From contig RDEW01000031.1 in NCBI GenBank assembly GCA_011109175.1, positions 157,313-221,312 of the forward strand: a DNA stretch of 64,000 bases, written 5' to 3'. This DNA comes from Dicyema japonicum (Eukaryota; Animalia; Dicyemida). Each line of letters opens with the position of its first letter. Positions within the stretch are counted from its first letter, which is position 1. Made by a program: the position numbers and the translations under genes. Positions 36,700 to 49,171 of the stretch are shown here, piece by piece. The notes below the pieces were generated by a model. That model was not told the origin of the DNA. It saw only the letters and a program-made list of their open reading frames with translations, and did no database searches.

Positions 36700-39600
36700 C
36701 ATTTTCATGCAATTACGACTACACTAAAATAAACGTGACTGACTTTTTTTAAATTTATTAAGCCAATTAAAAACAAAAATTAACAGTTAGCAATTACTGG
36801 CTGCTCTTCTATCATTTTCACCTCCAAGATGAGCTATCCGATTCTGTTTAACATGGTCAGTGATCTTTATTATTAATACAGAATAAAAAGTTAATACAGC
36901 GGCCCTGGTTGACCTTATTTACTACGTAACCGTAATGACATGCGAAATCAACTAATTCTTATTCGGGGATAATAACATAAACTATATTTTCTATTAATTC
37001 CTATTTTATAAAATGAGGTCTAAAACTAAATAGAAAAACAACAAAATTTTATTTAACAGTCAAAATTAGTGCTAAAAAACTTTTCAAGTATTTCGACAGA
37101 AGTTTTATCACATGACTGGAATATAAAATCATAAAACTGCTTGAGTTCATAGATTTTTTCACCAATTGAATTATTATCAGAAACATGACCTTTAGATATC
37201 AAATACTAAAATTAATTTAAATTCAAACTCCAATAAATTGAATACATTCGTTACAATATTCTACCAAAGTTGAATTTTTTAAGCACTCCAATAAATTATT
37301 GACAATAAGATCAACAGATTCCATGACAACCTTCTCCAGAATAGAAGGAGTATAATTAGTTGCATTCATGATCATCTCAAACTACGATTATCGAAAAGAA
37401 TTACCACTTGAACAGCCGTGTAACATTTGAATGATTTGTGAATAACTGAAGACAGCAATTTGTTATAGTTAACCATCAAAGTAAGAAAACAAATTTTCTC
37501 TGTCTGTAAAGGAATTCCTTCATATTTCCAATATCAAGTCCATATTTACGAACTTTTTTAACCAACTAAAATATATCAAATAATAAACCGGATGCAATAC
37601 ATTAACCAGCTCACTATAGGTTTCGAGATTTTTATTAAAAATTGAAAAAATCAATTTTGTCACCTCCTTTTTACTTTTATCATCATTAAAAAGACGTTCA
37701 AGGTTTCTGAAATAGAAAATATTTTTTTCTTGATTGAGCAAGTGAAGTACATCATATTTATTTACGAGGAAGGACAATATATCAAGGCATCCTAAGAAAT
37801 ATTAATTAATACATTCAATAATTATCGATTAAAACAAATATAAGTTGCAAGTCTCAAAAGACCATTAGTAAAATAAATTTGTATTAATATTCCTATAACA
37901 TGAAAATACACTTCAATATATGCAGGAGGTTTGACCCCAAAAATAAAATAAAGTAAAAAGTGAGCCAATTCCTACGCAAGGATAAAAATACATATTTATA
38001 GGTAAAATAAGAAAATAAAAATGCAGACCTCAACACAATTCAATAAATATGATTTTTAATATACTCTCACAAAGCTATAAATTCACGTTACGTAAATAAT
38101 TGAGGTAAAAAATAACAACCGCAAAACACTAAAGGTCATTCACTTCATAATTATGAATTTTATACTCGTAAATAAAACAAGGTTAAATATACGCAAATTT
38201 CAAGCATATCGTTAAATATTTTTTACAAAAACTTTAAAATTGCCAAAATTAAATAATCTAACCAACAGAAACGTAGACATTTGTGGAGGAAAGCCCTAGA
38301 ATGAAATAATCAACGGTGATAGTTGGATCACAAATACTAAACAGCATATAAATAGCACCAACGGCACATAATCTGTAATGCACAAATTCAGCCGGAAACA
38401 GCTAAAATGAGAAAAAAGAACGAACCTTTTTAATTAAATGTGGAAACAACATGTCAACTCCATCAGCACTCAAGGGAATACCACTTTTCTTCAACAGGCA
38501 GACAATTCCTTCCAATTTTAAAAGTGCCTTGCACATGACATCAGTAGGAGCGACGTACATTTGGTAAATAAACCAACGCAGAATGCATTCAATGTGACAA
38601 ATCCTAGCCAATTCAACTTCATTCTAAATATTTAAGTCAACTAACCTCTATCAAATCAAACATTTCTTTGTGAGAAACTGAAGTATTAGAGGAAAGTAGC
38701 TTGTTTGAAACATCAGCTGGAAAATTCTGGTTAAAATAGAATCTTAGTTCTTCTAAATGCAGAACACTCGGTTTGTCAAATTTCCATTTTGTGAGCTATT
38801 TTAATAAAATTGGGAAATACAGTCACTTGTTTTATCATGGAACTTGTATTAGCAGAAAGATTCTAAAATTAAAAAGTGGGTAAACAAATTTTATATTTCC
38901 TTCCTGTTGATCCTCGTCGAAAGTATTCTAAATATTAAAATTTATCACTACAATCGTTATTCGTTCTTTGCTTCTGAATTTTCGAATAAGAGGCGTCGCT
39001 TCCTTTTCCACGGAAGAGAGACTTTCCTCACTGGCCGATATTTCAGACTAAAATGAAAATTTCAGAAAACTGATTTAATTGAAAAAGAGTCAATCCGTAA
39101 TTTGGCATTTTCAAGTTCCACGAGATAATCAATCTAAAGTTATATATTAGTTTGACTTTCTTGCGTTTGTGGTGGTTTAAATTAGAAATGTAATTTTTGG
39201 CCACACTATCTCCAAAAACAACAATGAAGGCAGAAATTGCACTAAAAGAAGCAGTCCTTACTTGATCCAAGGAGTTGCCAGCCAACTTTAAAAATTATAC
39301 AAAATAAACGTTAACAAGCTTTTTTAGGATTGAAAATAATATTTTTTGTGGCATTTTCTTTGAAAGTTTGTTACGGAGATACATCAAATATTCATAAATA
39401 AACTTTGATGTCTCAATAAGTATAAATTTGTTTTTCTCATCAAAAAGTGGTAGCAATGTCTCAAATAACTCATCAGGGTTTGTCTAAGTCATAAAAGTAG
39501 TGTATGCCATTATAATGATTAATTACAATAAAATATTTCCCAGATCATAATTGTGACTAAAAAAGACAAATAAAATATAAATATTTGAAATTAATTGTAT

Positions 39601-40079
39601 AGAGCACAAAAACGCAAAAATATAATAAAAATTAAATAAACCAATTTTAACGACAAATCACACAGGTGTTGAATGATTTCAGATTTCACATGATCTGCAG
39701 CTTTAAGTAAAGTTAATATGGTCTAAGAAATAACATAAATTTCAAACAAGATGAGAAAAGGTTTTAAATTGGTCACCCATGTTTAGATGAATTGTCTCCA
39801 CCATTTCAACCGCCATTCTGATTAAGACATGGCTCTTGTCTTTGGTAATCACCTAAATAACAAATATTATTAAATACTTTCAGAATATTTCTGTAGAAGG
39901 CTTTGAGATTTTCGTCAACAGGAATCGGAAAATTAAGATTTGACAGAAGCGTTTGTAGTTCAGATAATTGTTCATATCTTTCAGGATATTCCTTTGATGT
40001 CTATTTTAAAATATCGAAGCTCAACCAATCTTTTGGAATATTCTGAACTCTTAGGAATAGTTATTATTTTTTCTTCCAT
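36700..40079 (-). CDS. CKAP5: XMAP215/ch-TOG family microtubule polymerase, reduced (TOG2-like + TOG5-like). 3' end approximate.
   Basis: VITKDKSHVLIRMAV and LDQVRTASFSAISAFIVVFGD (TOG2-like), then KWKFDKPSVLHLEEL and IECILRWF...DVMCKAL...FPHLIKK (TOG5-like). Confidence 0.75.
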
Positions 40080-40419
40080 GGCACACCAGAATGAATGGAA
40101 ATCCCGCTATTTATTATATATTTTTTAATTAAATGTTTTATTTTATTATATTTGAAATTACAATATTACGATTTAAAATAGTGTTGGAGGACAGTCATCA
40201 TTCAAACAGAGGAAGCGGGTTCAGGGTTTTGATTTACGTCTTCGAAGAGTATCAATAGAAGGAACTGTTAAGTAAGCTTGGCGCTTCTAGTAGCCACTAT
40301 CAGGCAAACTAATCAATAGTTGCTTGGCAATGTAGGAAAAGTGGGTCTGTTTGGTACAATTGTAGGCAGTTTTCTTCACGAGCAGGTGATCCATATGAAA
40401 AATAGCTCAAGGATCTTTG

Positions 40420-41130
40420 ACGAACTAATTTTTGAACGTATCCAAAATACTATACTAGTATCAATTTTTCATCACGGATTTTGACCCAACCAATCCACTA
40501 CTACTCATCTTGGCTATCTCACGCAATTTATTGTGGAAGGATTCAATGCAATGAGACCACATCAACTATCAGTCCTGGTATCACTCGATGTAAACGAGTT
40601 ATTCGACTCGGTATCAAGAAAAATTCATTCAAACTGAATATTGAACAAGGATTTTTACCAGAATATAAAAACTTATATTGATCAACTTCCTGAGAAGAAA
40701 CGAGTCCAAGTGAAGTGTGACCAATTGGAATCTGAGACCCGTCTCCCACTCTATAGAGTACCTCAAGGTTTTTCCTTTTCACTAACATTGTACAATCTAT
40801 TTTTGCACGATATGCTACACCCTAAAAATGAAAATTGTATCTTACTTTCCTCAGCAGATGATATCATCATCACTAGCGAGGATATAGATTTACAAACAGC
40901 CACTGAGTCATACAAAAAATGCTTTACACTCTGACCCCATGGTGTGCTCAACTAAGGTATGAAAATCCTCAACCATGTTGTTTGTAACATTGTTACCACT
41001 TGTAAAAGGGACTATAATGTTAAACCAAGAATCCTTTTTAACAATACAGTAATTCAAGTCAATACCACGCCAAAAAACCTGGGAGTCATGTTTGATCAAG
41101 GACTTTCCTTAGCCAAACATGTGAAAATAG
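40420..41130 (+). mobile_element. Jockey/CR1-like RT remnant
   Basis: SLDVNELFDSV, RVPQGFSFSLTLYNLFLHDM, SADDII and KNLGVMFD. Confidence 0.8.
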
Positions 41131-42631
41131 GAAAAAATGAAAAAAAATCTGAAAAAGAATGACAATCATAAAGCGGTAGCTTTAGGAAAAATGAAAAAAA
41201 ATCTGAAAAGAATGACAATCCTCGTTGAATGAATTGACCAAACTCCAGGAAGCTGTCAACAGAATCATAGAACCCAACCCTTGAAGCATTCATACTTGAT
41301 CAACGACGAAAACTCGTTAAGGCGCCCAACAAAAAAGCCCCCTCTACGAAATTTTGGTTAAATATCTCGAAAATCACTGAGATACGAGAAGATTCCGACT
41401 CGGTGCGCGTTATAAATAGCTGTTCAAGACGCCCGTCCTTGCCAGTTCAGGCTTCCCCTTTGTCGGTATAGGATCACTTAGTTGAAAGCGAAATTCTTTT
41501 TTAACTCAGTACTTTCGGGGAAATAATGTAAAAAGGATAAATAATTCCAGAAAATTAATAAGTTATTCACAGTTTTTGACACCGAGACTAATTTTTAAAT
41601 AAAGTTATGGATTGCTAATTAAGTTAATGGACGCTGTGGACGAGTGTGCGTTAACTTTTTGAGAAACTCATTTCCTTCTCAACTAAGTCCCTCAAGATCT
41701 CTACCTTCTCCGCCCTCTTTGACATATTTCTACACGATATGCTGTGTCTTGAGGGAATCAATTTTTGTTGCTGATTTATGCGGGTGACTTGATCATTGGA
41801 TGCCGTTGTAGTTTCACACGAGGCCGCGAAAGAACTGCTAACTTTGCAAAACCGAGACCTAGTTGGAGTCGAATCAACTGTCAGTTTCTTCTGAAAAATC
41901 TTCCCATACGATTTTCCCGCCGATAGAAGATTAAAAGAAAATTTGGATGCCATGTTATTTGGTAAGCCTATCCCACATAACCAAAAACCCTAAAAATATT
42001 TGGAGTAACATTTGACCCAATATTATCGTCTTCCATCATGTTAAAAACGTTCTCGTGATTCGTAAACGGATTCTTATAAAAGAGTTATTTCTGGATAATT
42101 CATTTCTAAAATAATCTGAATTTTATTCTCCAACTCGGAGCTTTTTTTGAAAAACGAAAAGATTAACTCGAAAAAATTCGCAGAACATTGACGGAAACGA
42201 ATCTCTCCTACCCCGCAAACACCGTATCCATTTGGCGCATCTCTGTTGTATGTCACGATAAGGGTTAACAAGTAAATATAAAAAATAGGACAATCGGTTT
42301 TTGTTGCTATATTCATTCTCTTTCTATAAGACCACAATATCAGCTCTCGATGATTTCTGAATCGTCGTCTCAAAAATTAGAAGCCGCACAACTTACTGCC
42401 TTAAAAATAATTAATAAGAAAACTGTAAATAACGTATTGAATGTTAAATAATATCTAAGATGGAGAGTGAAGTCATTTCTACGATGGGCAATGAAAACCG
42501 GCTGTCCGCTTTCACTCTCTATATCTGACTATCTAGAAAATGCGGGGAATCTATGGAGAATAAGACCGTCCCCGTTTTTACCAATTCTGTTGGATCTTCG
42601 AGCACCCCGAACGAAAGCCAGAACCCGGAAA

Positions 42632-42857
42632 ACCGGGATCACTTAGTTAGTAGTTAACTTTTAAATTATTCTAATCCGGTGATCTTGGGGTAAAAAATAT
42701 CAGCTTTTATCGTGGTCTGCCTTTGAATTCTGCGCCACTCAGATATATCAGATAAATCGTTTTTGCTACCAGCGGTTAACTTTTCATGTGTTATTTAATT
42801 ATTTATTACCCCAATGTTTAAAAGAAAAAAATTCTCAACTAACTAAGTGATCCCGGT
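42632..42857. repeat. Perfect 20-bp inverted repeat flanking a 186-bp spacer
   Basis: ACCGGGATCACTTAGTTAGT (42632-42651) and its exact reverse complement (42838-42857). Confidence 0.85.
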
Positions 42858-43189
42858 CCGACAAAAAAATGGACGAAGCCGAAAAGGACAAGACTTGGCA
42901 CCACCGCGTATTTTGAGTAGTTTGTTGTTTAACCATTATAGTTAATGATCATGAAGTTCACAGAATAAATAAAAAATATAAAAATCAAAAAAAAAATTAA
43001 AAAAAATAATTTATTCTAGTAAACCATAAAAAAGACTAAGAAATCAGAGAATTTAAGAATTAGTGAAGAAACTCAAAAAAAACTTTGACAGTGAAAAGTT
43101 TCACTCGCAATCGGGAATTGCTTCCAAACTACGAACTCAAAAAAATAAAATACGAGAGTTTTTTCATTTGTTTCTCTAAAACTTTATTC

Positions 43190-43965
43190 TCATCTAACAT
43201 TCAAAAATTCAAATAGTGTACCAGGAGTATTATAAGCCATGTGAGGTTTGTTCATCGGATTAGCTTCAGATTTCTCAAATTCTTGTCTCATAATCTTCAA
43301 ATGTTGACTGTACCGCATATTTGGAAATTCTTCCCTGAGTTTTGGCAATCTTTCTTCTTCATATTCTCTGAAAGCCGTTTTCATTCTTCTTTCAGGATGT
43401 CTGTCCACAAAAACCTTCTTTTTGTTATTTTTACTAAAATAAAAATTTTCCTAAAACTTATTTTTCGTGGTACACGCAATTTCTTCGTCTTCCCAGTTTA
43501 AATCTCGATTATTTTTAATGTTAAATTCCTCGTCGAACAAAATATTATTCTCCTCTAAAAATAAATTTCAATAAGGAAACCAATTTTATTGTTTCGTTTT
43601 GGGTAAACCTTAGGTTGCTCTTTGGGAGCTTCCACTATCATTTTAGGGACTTCAGTTGGTGTCGTAGAATTCTCTTGCATTTCCAATTCCTTCTGTTCCA
43701 ACTTCCTCTTCATCTTTTCTTGCAGTTTTGTCTCCTTTTCATCCTATGTGGAATAAAAATTTGTAAAATTATTAATTTATTAAAATAAAGTGAAGAATTA
43801 AACAACCTTTCTTTTCTGCTTTTTCATAGCCAATCTGTCGTCATCTTTCCAAAACTCATCTTCAAGGCGTTTTCTTTCTTCTTTCTCAGATTCCTTCTTT
43901 GCCTGTTCTTTTCGTTCTCTAGAAGCAACAGCTTTAGTATTTTCCCCTTTAAACTTCTTTGGCAT
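43190..43965 (-). CDS. CCDC124: CCDC124 (Lso2-family ribosome hibernation factor)
   Basis: MPKKFKGENTKAVASRERK, EDEFWKDDD and DRHPERRMKTAFREYEEERLPKLREEFPNMRYSQ. The C-terminus may extend through further tiny introns. Confidence 0.93.
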
Positions 43966-44077
43966 TTTACGACTAAAAAAACCTTACAAAAAATATACAA
44001 CCACAAACGTTGTCAAAAGTAAATTTTTAAAATTATTTAATATAAAAAACATTAATTTTATTTAAAAATATAAAAAA

Positions 44078-46091
44078 TCAAATTTGTTTAAGTTGATCTC
44101 TTAGTACTCTTATTGCTTTTGATCTTTCCAAATTTTCATCATTCGAACTATTTTCAAAGATACTAAAATTGAATTAAAGAATACTTAGTAATATCCAGCT
44201 CTGCCTCACGCGCTGATTTTTCAAACCATTCTTTATTTTTTTTAGTTTTTTCGTTCAAATGCTCCAAATTCATTATTTTAACAGCCAATTCTGTACGAGT
44301 TTTGCCGTTTAAACAAATTATAATCTTCAATTTCATAATTCGGAATATTTGATGCTAACAAATTAAAATATTTTAAAATTTGTATTTAAATAAATCAATT
44401 TCGTAGAAAATCATGAAAAATTATAAAAAAATAAAAATACATTTTTTAAGTTGATTCTGAATTCTGACAAATGTCTTGTGTTCTTCGTAGCTTAAAATCG
44501 TAATAGTAGATCCAGACTTGGACCCACGTGCTGTCCGTCCACTGCGATGTACATATGCCTAAATGTTCCTCGCCACATATAAACCTCTGTCAACGTAGAA
44601 ACCTGATAATGAATAACATTCTCCACATCCTCAATATCAAGACCACGTGCAGCAACATCAGTTGCGACCAATACAGCCTTCTTTTGAGATCCTATCATTG
44701 CAAAAGCAAAGTTTTAACCTTTAAATCGTTCCATATTTCTAAATCTCTGTTTCTGGATCATATCTGCGTGTAATATCGAAATGCTTAAATCGGAGCACAG
44801 AATCCGTAAAATTGCAGCTATTCTCCTCGTACAGTCCTTCGAATTCGTAAAAACAATTGCTCTTCCAGTAAATACAGATAGCAGATAGTACAAATAAATG
44901 TCCTGTTTGTTATAAAATAATACACCTTTTCATTTTTGTTGCAACAAATTTTCCATTCTTTTATATTTTCCGCCAGAAAGGAAGTCTTCGATAAATCGAT
45001 AAGCGTGTATTTTTTTCGAATTCCAACTTTTTCCACCAAAGTCTTCAATTTTGACGAAATGTTATCTTCGCCTTTTTTGTTCTTAATAAAAGTCAGAGTC
45101 GCTGAGAACACAAATGTCCTTCTCGATGATCTCCCAGGTGAACTAAAAGTAAGTAATAAACAAATACTTATTCAATTCGTTTATAATGTAAGAAAATTGC
45201 TCATAATAGTCCTTTCCTATCATTCTATCAGCTTCGTCAACAACCAAATAGCGAATATTTTTAATTTTCAATGCACCCTCAACTCCCTTAAAAATAAGTA
45301 AGAAAACAACGTCTTTCATCATCTGCCACAATCTTCCCGGTGTTGCAACTACAATATGAGGGTCACTTTGAAGAAGCCTTTCCTGCTTGACCTGAGCTAC
45401 TCCACCGACGATGCATTCAACCTGAAAATATAAATTTTGTAAATTAAAATTATCAAAAATTGATTTAATATTTTATTTTAAAAAGACATTACCTTAGTTG
45501 TGGTGGTTATTTGTTTAATATGTTGACTTATTTGGATAGCCAGCTCCCGCGTTGGAGTCAAAATCAACGTTTGGGGCTACAAATAATAAAGAAAAGTACA
45601 TTTGCATTATTTTTCCGTTTGATAATGAAATTAACTATTGGAATAGCAAAAGCTAAGGTTTTACCACTTCCCTGAAATAAACAAACAATACAGTCTGTGC
45701 GCAGCCAATAATATCGTTTTGATTTTGAAAAGCACATTCTATTGTTCTTCTTTGGATCTCAGTTGGTTCATTAAATTGTAGTATTTTCAGTGAATTTTTT
45801 ATTTCAAAATCCAATTCAAAGTCATTCCATTTGAAATCTGAGTTGTAAAATATTTTTACCCAAATCATCGTTTAAAGCAAAATTACGGTGGTCAGATACA
45901 ATGGGAGTTTGGTTTGAAATAATTTTCTGTACCTTGGATTTAGCAGGCTTAGATTTTATCTTCCTCTTCCCAGCCTTAGTCTGATTATCAAATAATGTAT
46001 AATCATAAGTTTCGTCGACTTGGATAATGTCATTAAAGTCGTTATCATTTATATTGTCAACTCTCTTCCAATTTTTAAAGTTCCCTAACAT
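44078..46091 (-). CDS. DDX24: DEAD-box helicase DDX24/Mak5
   Basis: PTEIQ, AQT|GSGKT, TPTRELA, VATPGRL, VVDEADRM, VFSATL, ATDVAARGLDI and YVHRSGRTAR. Apparent 1-nt frameshift near 44300. Confidence 0.92.
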
Positions 46092-46204
46092 GCAACAAAA
46101 ACGTGAAGTATAATTTAAATTTAAAAATTAATAAAATATTATTATTATTTTATTTTTATAATATCAATTCGATAATTAAGGTAGCACAGTACTAACCACT
46201 AGAC

Positions 46205-46272
46205 CAGGTAGCATAGTTATTAGTGGTTTAGTTCGTTTCGCGATTAATTATAGGTTCAATTCCTATATCGCT
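46205..46272 (+). other. Degenerate tRNA-like / Pol III box sequence upstream of DDX24
   Basis: TAGTGGTTTAG (A-box-like) and T-arm ATAGG-TTCAATT-CCTAT. Acceptor and anticodon arms are poor. Confidence 0.3.
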
Positions 46273-46599
46273 ATTTATCTGGTTGAAGGATTCTATCGCG
46301 TTAAATATGTCGGACGGAATCAATGGCTGAATCTTAATAAATCCTCTTAGATTATATTTGGATATGATTTTTAAATTACCAAATATATACCTGAAAAAGA
46401 CTTTCAGACTTTATCCAGATCCCCTGCTCGGAGTGGGATGCATATTACCCAAGCATTGCGTCTATCTGTCTATCCAATGAGAACCCACCTATATGAGTAG
46501 GGAAGATAGGGTTTATTTTATCTATATCCACCATAATGGGAACCCACCCATTAGATTAGAGAAGAGAGTGTTCATTTTTGATGTCGAACAGGCACTGGA

Positions 46600-48215
46600 G
46601 GTCTACTGAATTACGTGGATTATTATTATTGCCCTATGATTACTGGGTCAAAAGAGAATGTCCAGACCGACTAAGGGAAGTTCGAAATAGGCAGGGACGA
46701 GTATCTTGAACCGTTATTTATGACGGGCTTTGAGTCTTTTTGTATCTCAGGCGATTTTTAAGGTATTTGATAAAAATGTCGTAGACGAAGCTGTTTAGTA
46801 AGTTGCCAGTCCCACAAATTTTCTTAGGAGTGCTTAAAGAGTCATAGACTCGAAATTAGGACAGATGATTTTTGTTGGTGGCTTTATGGATTTTCGTCAA
46901 TTTATTCATCGGAGAAACGTAAATGTCCATTTATTAAAGTTGCACTCACATAGGTCAATGCTGGTCAGACAAATTATCCCTAGATGTTAGATTGATTTAT
47001 TATTTAAAAACCCCAAAGAGCATCAAGAAAGGCTAGCTCACTAATCAGATGATCCCAACTTCCAACATCTCGCGAATTATCCTTGAATATTTTTCTAGCG
47101 ACTCAACTGCCCTCAGGAAATGCTTTCTTTTATGTCTGCAGAGTGATTCTATAGGACTACACTTCTTTATGGTCGATCGGAATTCCTTTACATAGGCCTC
47201 CCTTTTATTGAATGGGTTTACTAGCTAGTTGCAGATACGTAGGAAGTCCTGGCCATTTCGCAGCGTCGCCGTCTCTGAAAAAGACAGAAGATGTTGTGTT
47301 TGATTGCATATGCCGCATGATTTTTTCCTAATAGAGTTTATACGCTCGACTCTCGAAGAGGGAAGACCGAATCTCCAGGCCGAACAGACATATTCAATTG
47401 TTGGTGCAATAACTCGAAGATTTAGTTTGCTAATACGAGCTGCAGGTGAAAAGAGGTTATTCTTTATGACGACGTTCCACCTTCTAAGCCCCTTGGCTAA
47501 CACTTCTTCCGTGTAACTAGAATACGTAATTAGAGAGTCGAATGTTACTCCAAGGATTTCCTTAATTCGCTTAGAAAAAATGTTTCCGAAGAGTACCTCG
47601 AGTCCACCTTTAAATCTCCTGTCCGTAGAGAATAGAGTAAACTGAGACTTGGATGCAGATAAAGACTGAAATTCTTGTGACTGATCGACACATAATATTT
47701 GATATGATTATTTCCAAATTTCCGTGCAGATTCCGAGGCACTAGGAGTAACGGCTTCCACTCTGCCACCATCGGTCATAGTATGGCATCGAATTATTGAA
47801 AATAGTTAATTCGTCCGTCGTATGTACTCTCCGAGATTGTCGGCTGATTATTACTGAGCCAGAGCGGATGTTTGGCATTTAAGTCTCCGCATAGTAAAAA
47901 ATCCATTAGTCCACATAATAATTATTATTATTGAACCAGAAAACCACCGTCATAACTTTAGTCCACATAAACTCGATAGGTTGAGGATATAGGATTAATT
48001 TTATTTATTAAAAATGTTAGGTTGATCAATGACGTCTTGGATTATAATTTATTTATGTTTAATAAATTAAAATAAATTTAATTTTAAATTATTTTTATGT
48101 AGCACGTTGTCTTATGCCTCATTTATTTGTCACTTATAATTAATTTGTGCTTAAGAGAAGATCACTGTGCCAATCTAAGGACACTGTTGGAACTTGTTAG
48201 GATCACTTAGCTCTG
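46600..48215 (-). mobile_element. Jockey-like LINE 5' part (endonuclease region)
   Basis: FLLCGDLNAKHPLW at ~47880. Begins at the CTAAGTGATCC motif near 48210. Confidence 0.7.
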
Positions 48216-48367
48216 GATTTTTAAATTTGATCTTCGATTAATAAAAATATAAGCAATTGTCTATGGTTATAAAAGGCCGATATGATGTCATTTACCTGAT
48301 TTTTGAAGCGATTCTGAGACAATTTGTTTTAATATTCAATTTTCCTTTACTTTTAAAAGCACTGTAT

Positions 48368-48645
48368 GGTGAATGGGTGACTTAGTGGTTAGGTGTTGGG
48401 CTAAAGTGGCTTAGGTCACGCGTTCGATTCTCGCTGCTGCTCACCTGGTGGAAGTTTACCACGCATATACGATGCGGAAATGACTTGACGAGTGACGCTG
48501 TCATCAGTGGAGATTCACTGCGGTACTGGATAGTCAAAAGGATATACACACAAGAAAAAGAAAAACAAAGAAGTGAAGAGCATTCCTGGTTCTTCCTCTA
48601 CGATTAGTTATAATAACTGTTCTTTACTTAAATAAAGTTTGTATT
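48368..48645 (+). mobile_element. SINE family 1
   Basis: tRNA-like head GGTGA...TAGTGGTTAGG...GTTCGATTC...TCACC plus the family body. Confidence 0.82.
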
Positions 48646-48773
48646 CTGCACGAGCGAAACCCTAGGCATCTTACTTTCTTATGGCAACGCGGTAGTGCTT
48701 TAAAACAAATATGGTGAATAGTTAAGTTATAGTATTCTTCTAATAAATTTTAACATAAATTTTATCGAGTAAC

Positions 48774-49017
48774 CTAATTTTCAATATTTTCATGATACAA
48801 CACATCAAGGTGTAGGTGTTCAAAACATGTTGGAGGCTGATTTATATGTTGACCGCCTGCTCGTGGTTGAAAACCGCACAAAACGGTTGCCTCAGACTCA
48901 ACATCCATCTTCCTCTCTCCTAAAAAGCGATTACTAAATATTTTGTTGACCAAGAAAGTTTTCAACCTTATAAATTCTTGATTGAACTAATATTTGATTA
49001 TTGATTAAACCTATCAT
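48774..49017 (-). CDS. Candidate small spliced gene with a GGQ release-factor-like motif
   Basis: Introns of 24 nt (49010-48987) and 31 nt (48950-48920) give MIVQSRIYKVENFLGERKMDVESEATVLCGFQPRAGGQHINQPPTCFEHLHLDVL...*. Confidence 0.35.
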
Positions 49018-49171
49018 TTTTCCAAAAAATTTCAATCATAAAGGGAGACTCAGTCAAATTTAAGTCATAGATAATTTATATTTGTTTTAAAAATTCTTTA
49101 ACATAATCTGAATAAATTTTGTAATTTTCAATTAAGGTACTATAAATTTTGTAATTTTCAATTAAGGTACT

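Noticed and set aside
39770-39850. Notch/EGF-like repeat (PCLNQNGG)
   Set aside because: Wrong frame. The spliced frame is the TOG domain of CKAP5.
41128-41220. ~40-bp direct repeat as a regulatory element
   Set aside because: It lies in decayed LINE sequence and is A-run rich, so simple slippage is sufficient.
41651-42373. Upstream TOG1 exons of CKAP5 (GKIFQKK resembles a TOG1 peptide)
   Set aside because: There is no further similarity, and the ORFs lie downstream of a LINE-type 5' motif. They are more likely decayed element sequence. Left unannotated.
48195-48220. 5.8S rRNA fragment (GGATCACTTAGCTC)
   Set aside because: No flanking rRNA similarity. It is better explained by the recurring TAAGTGATCC motif on the other strand.
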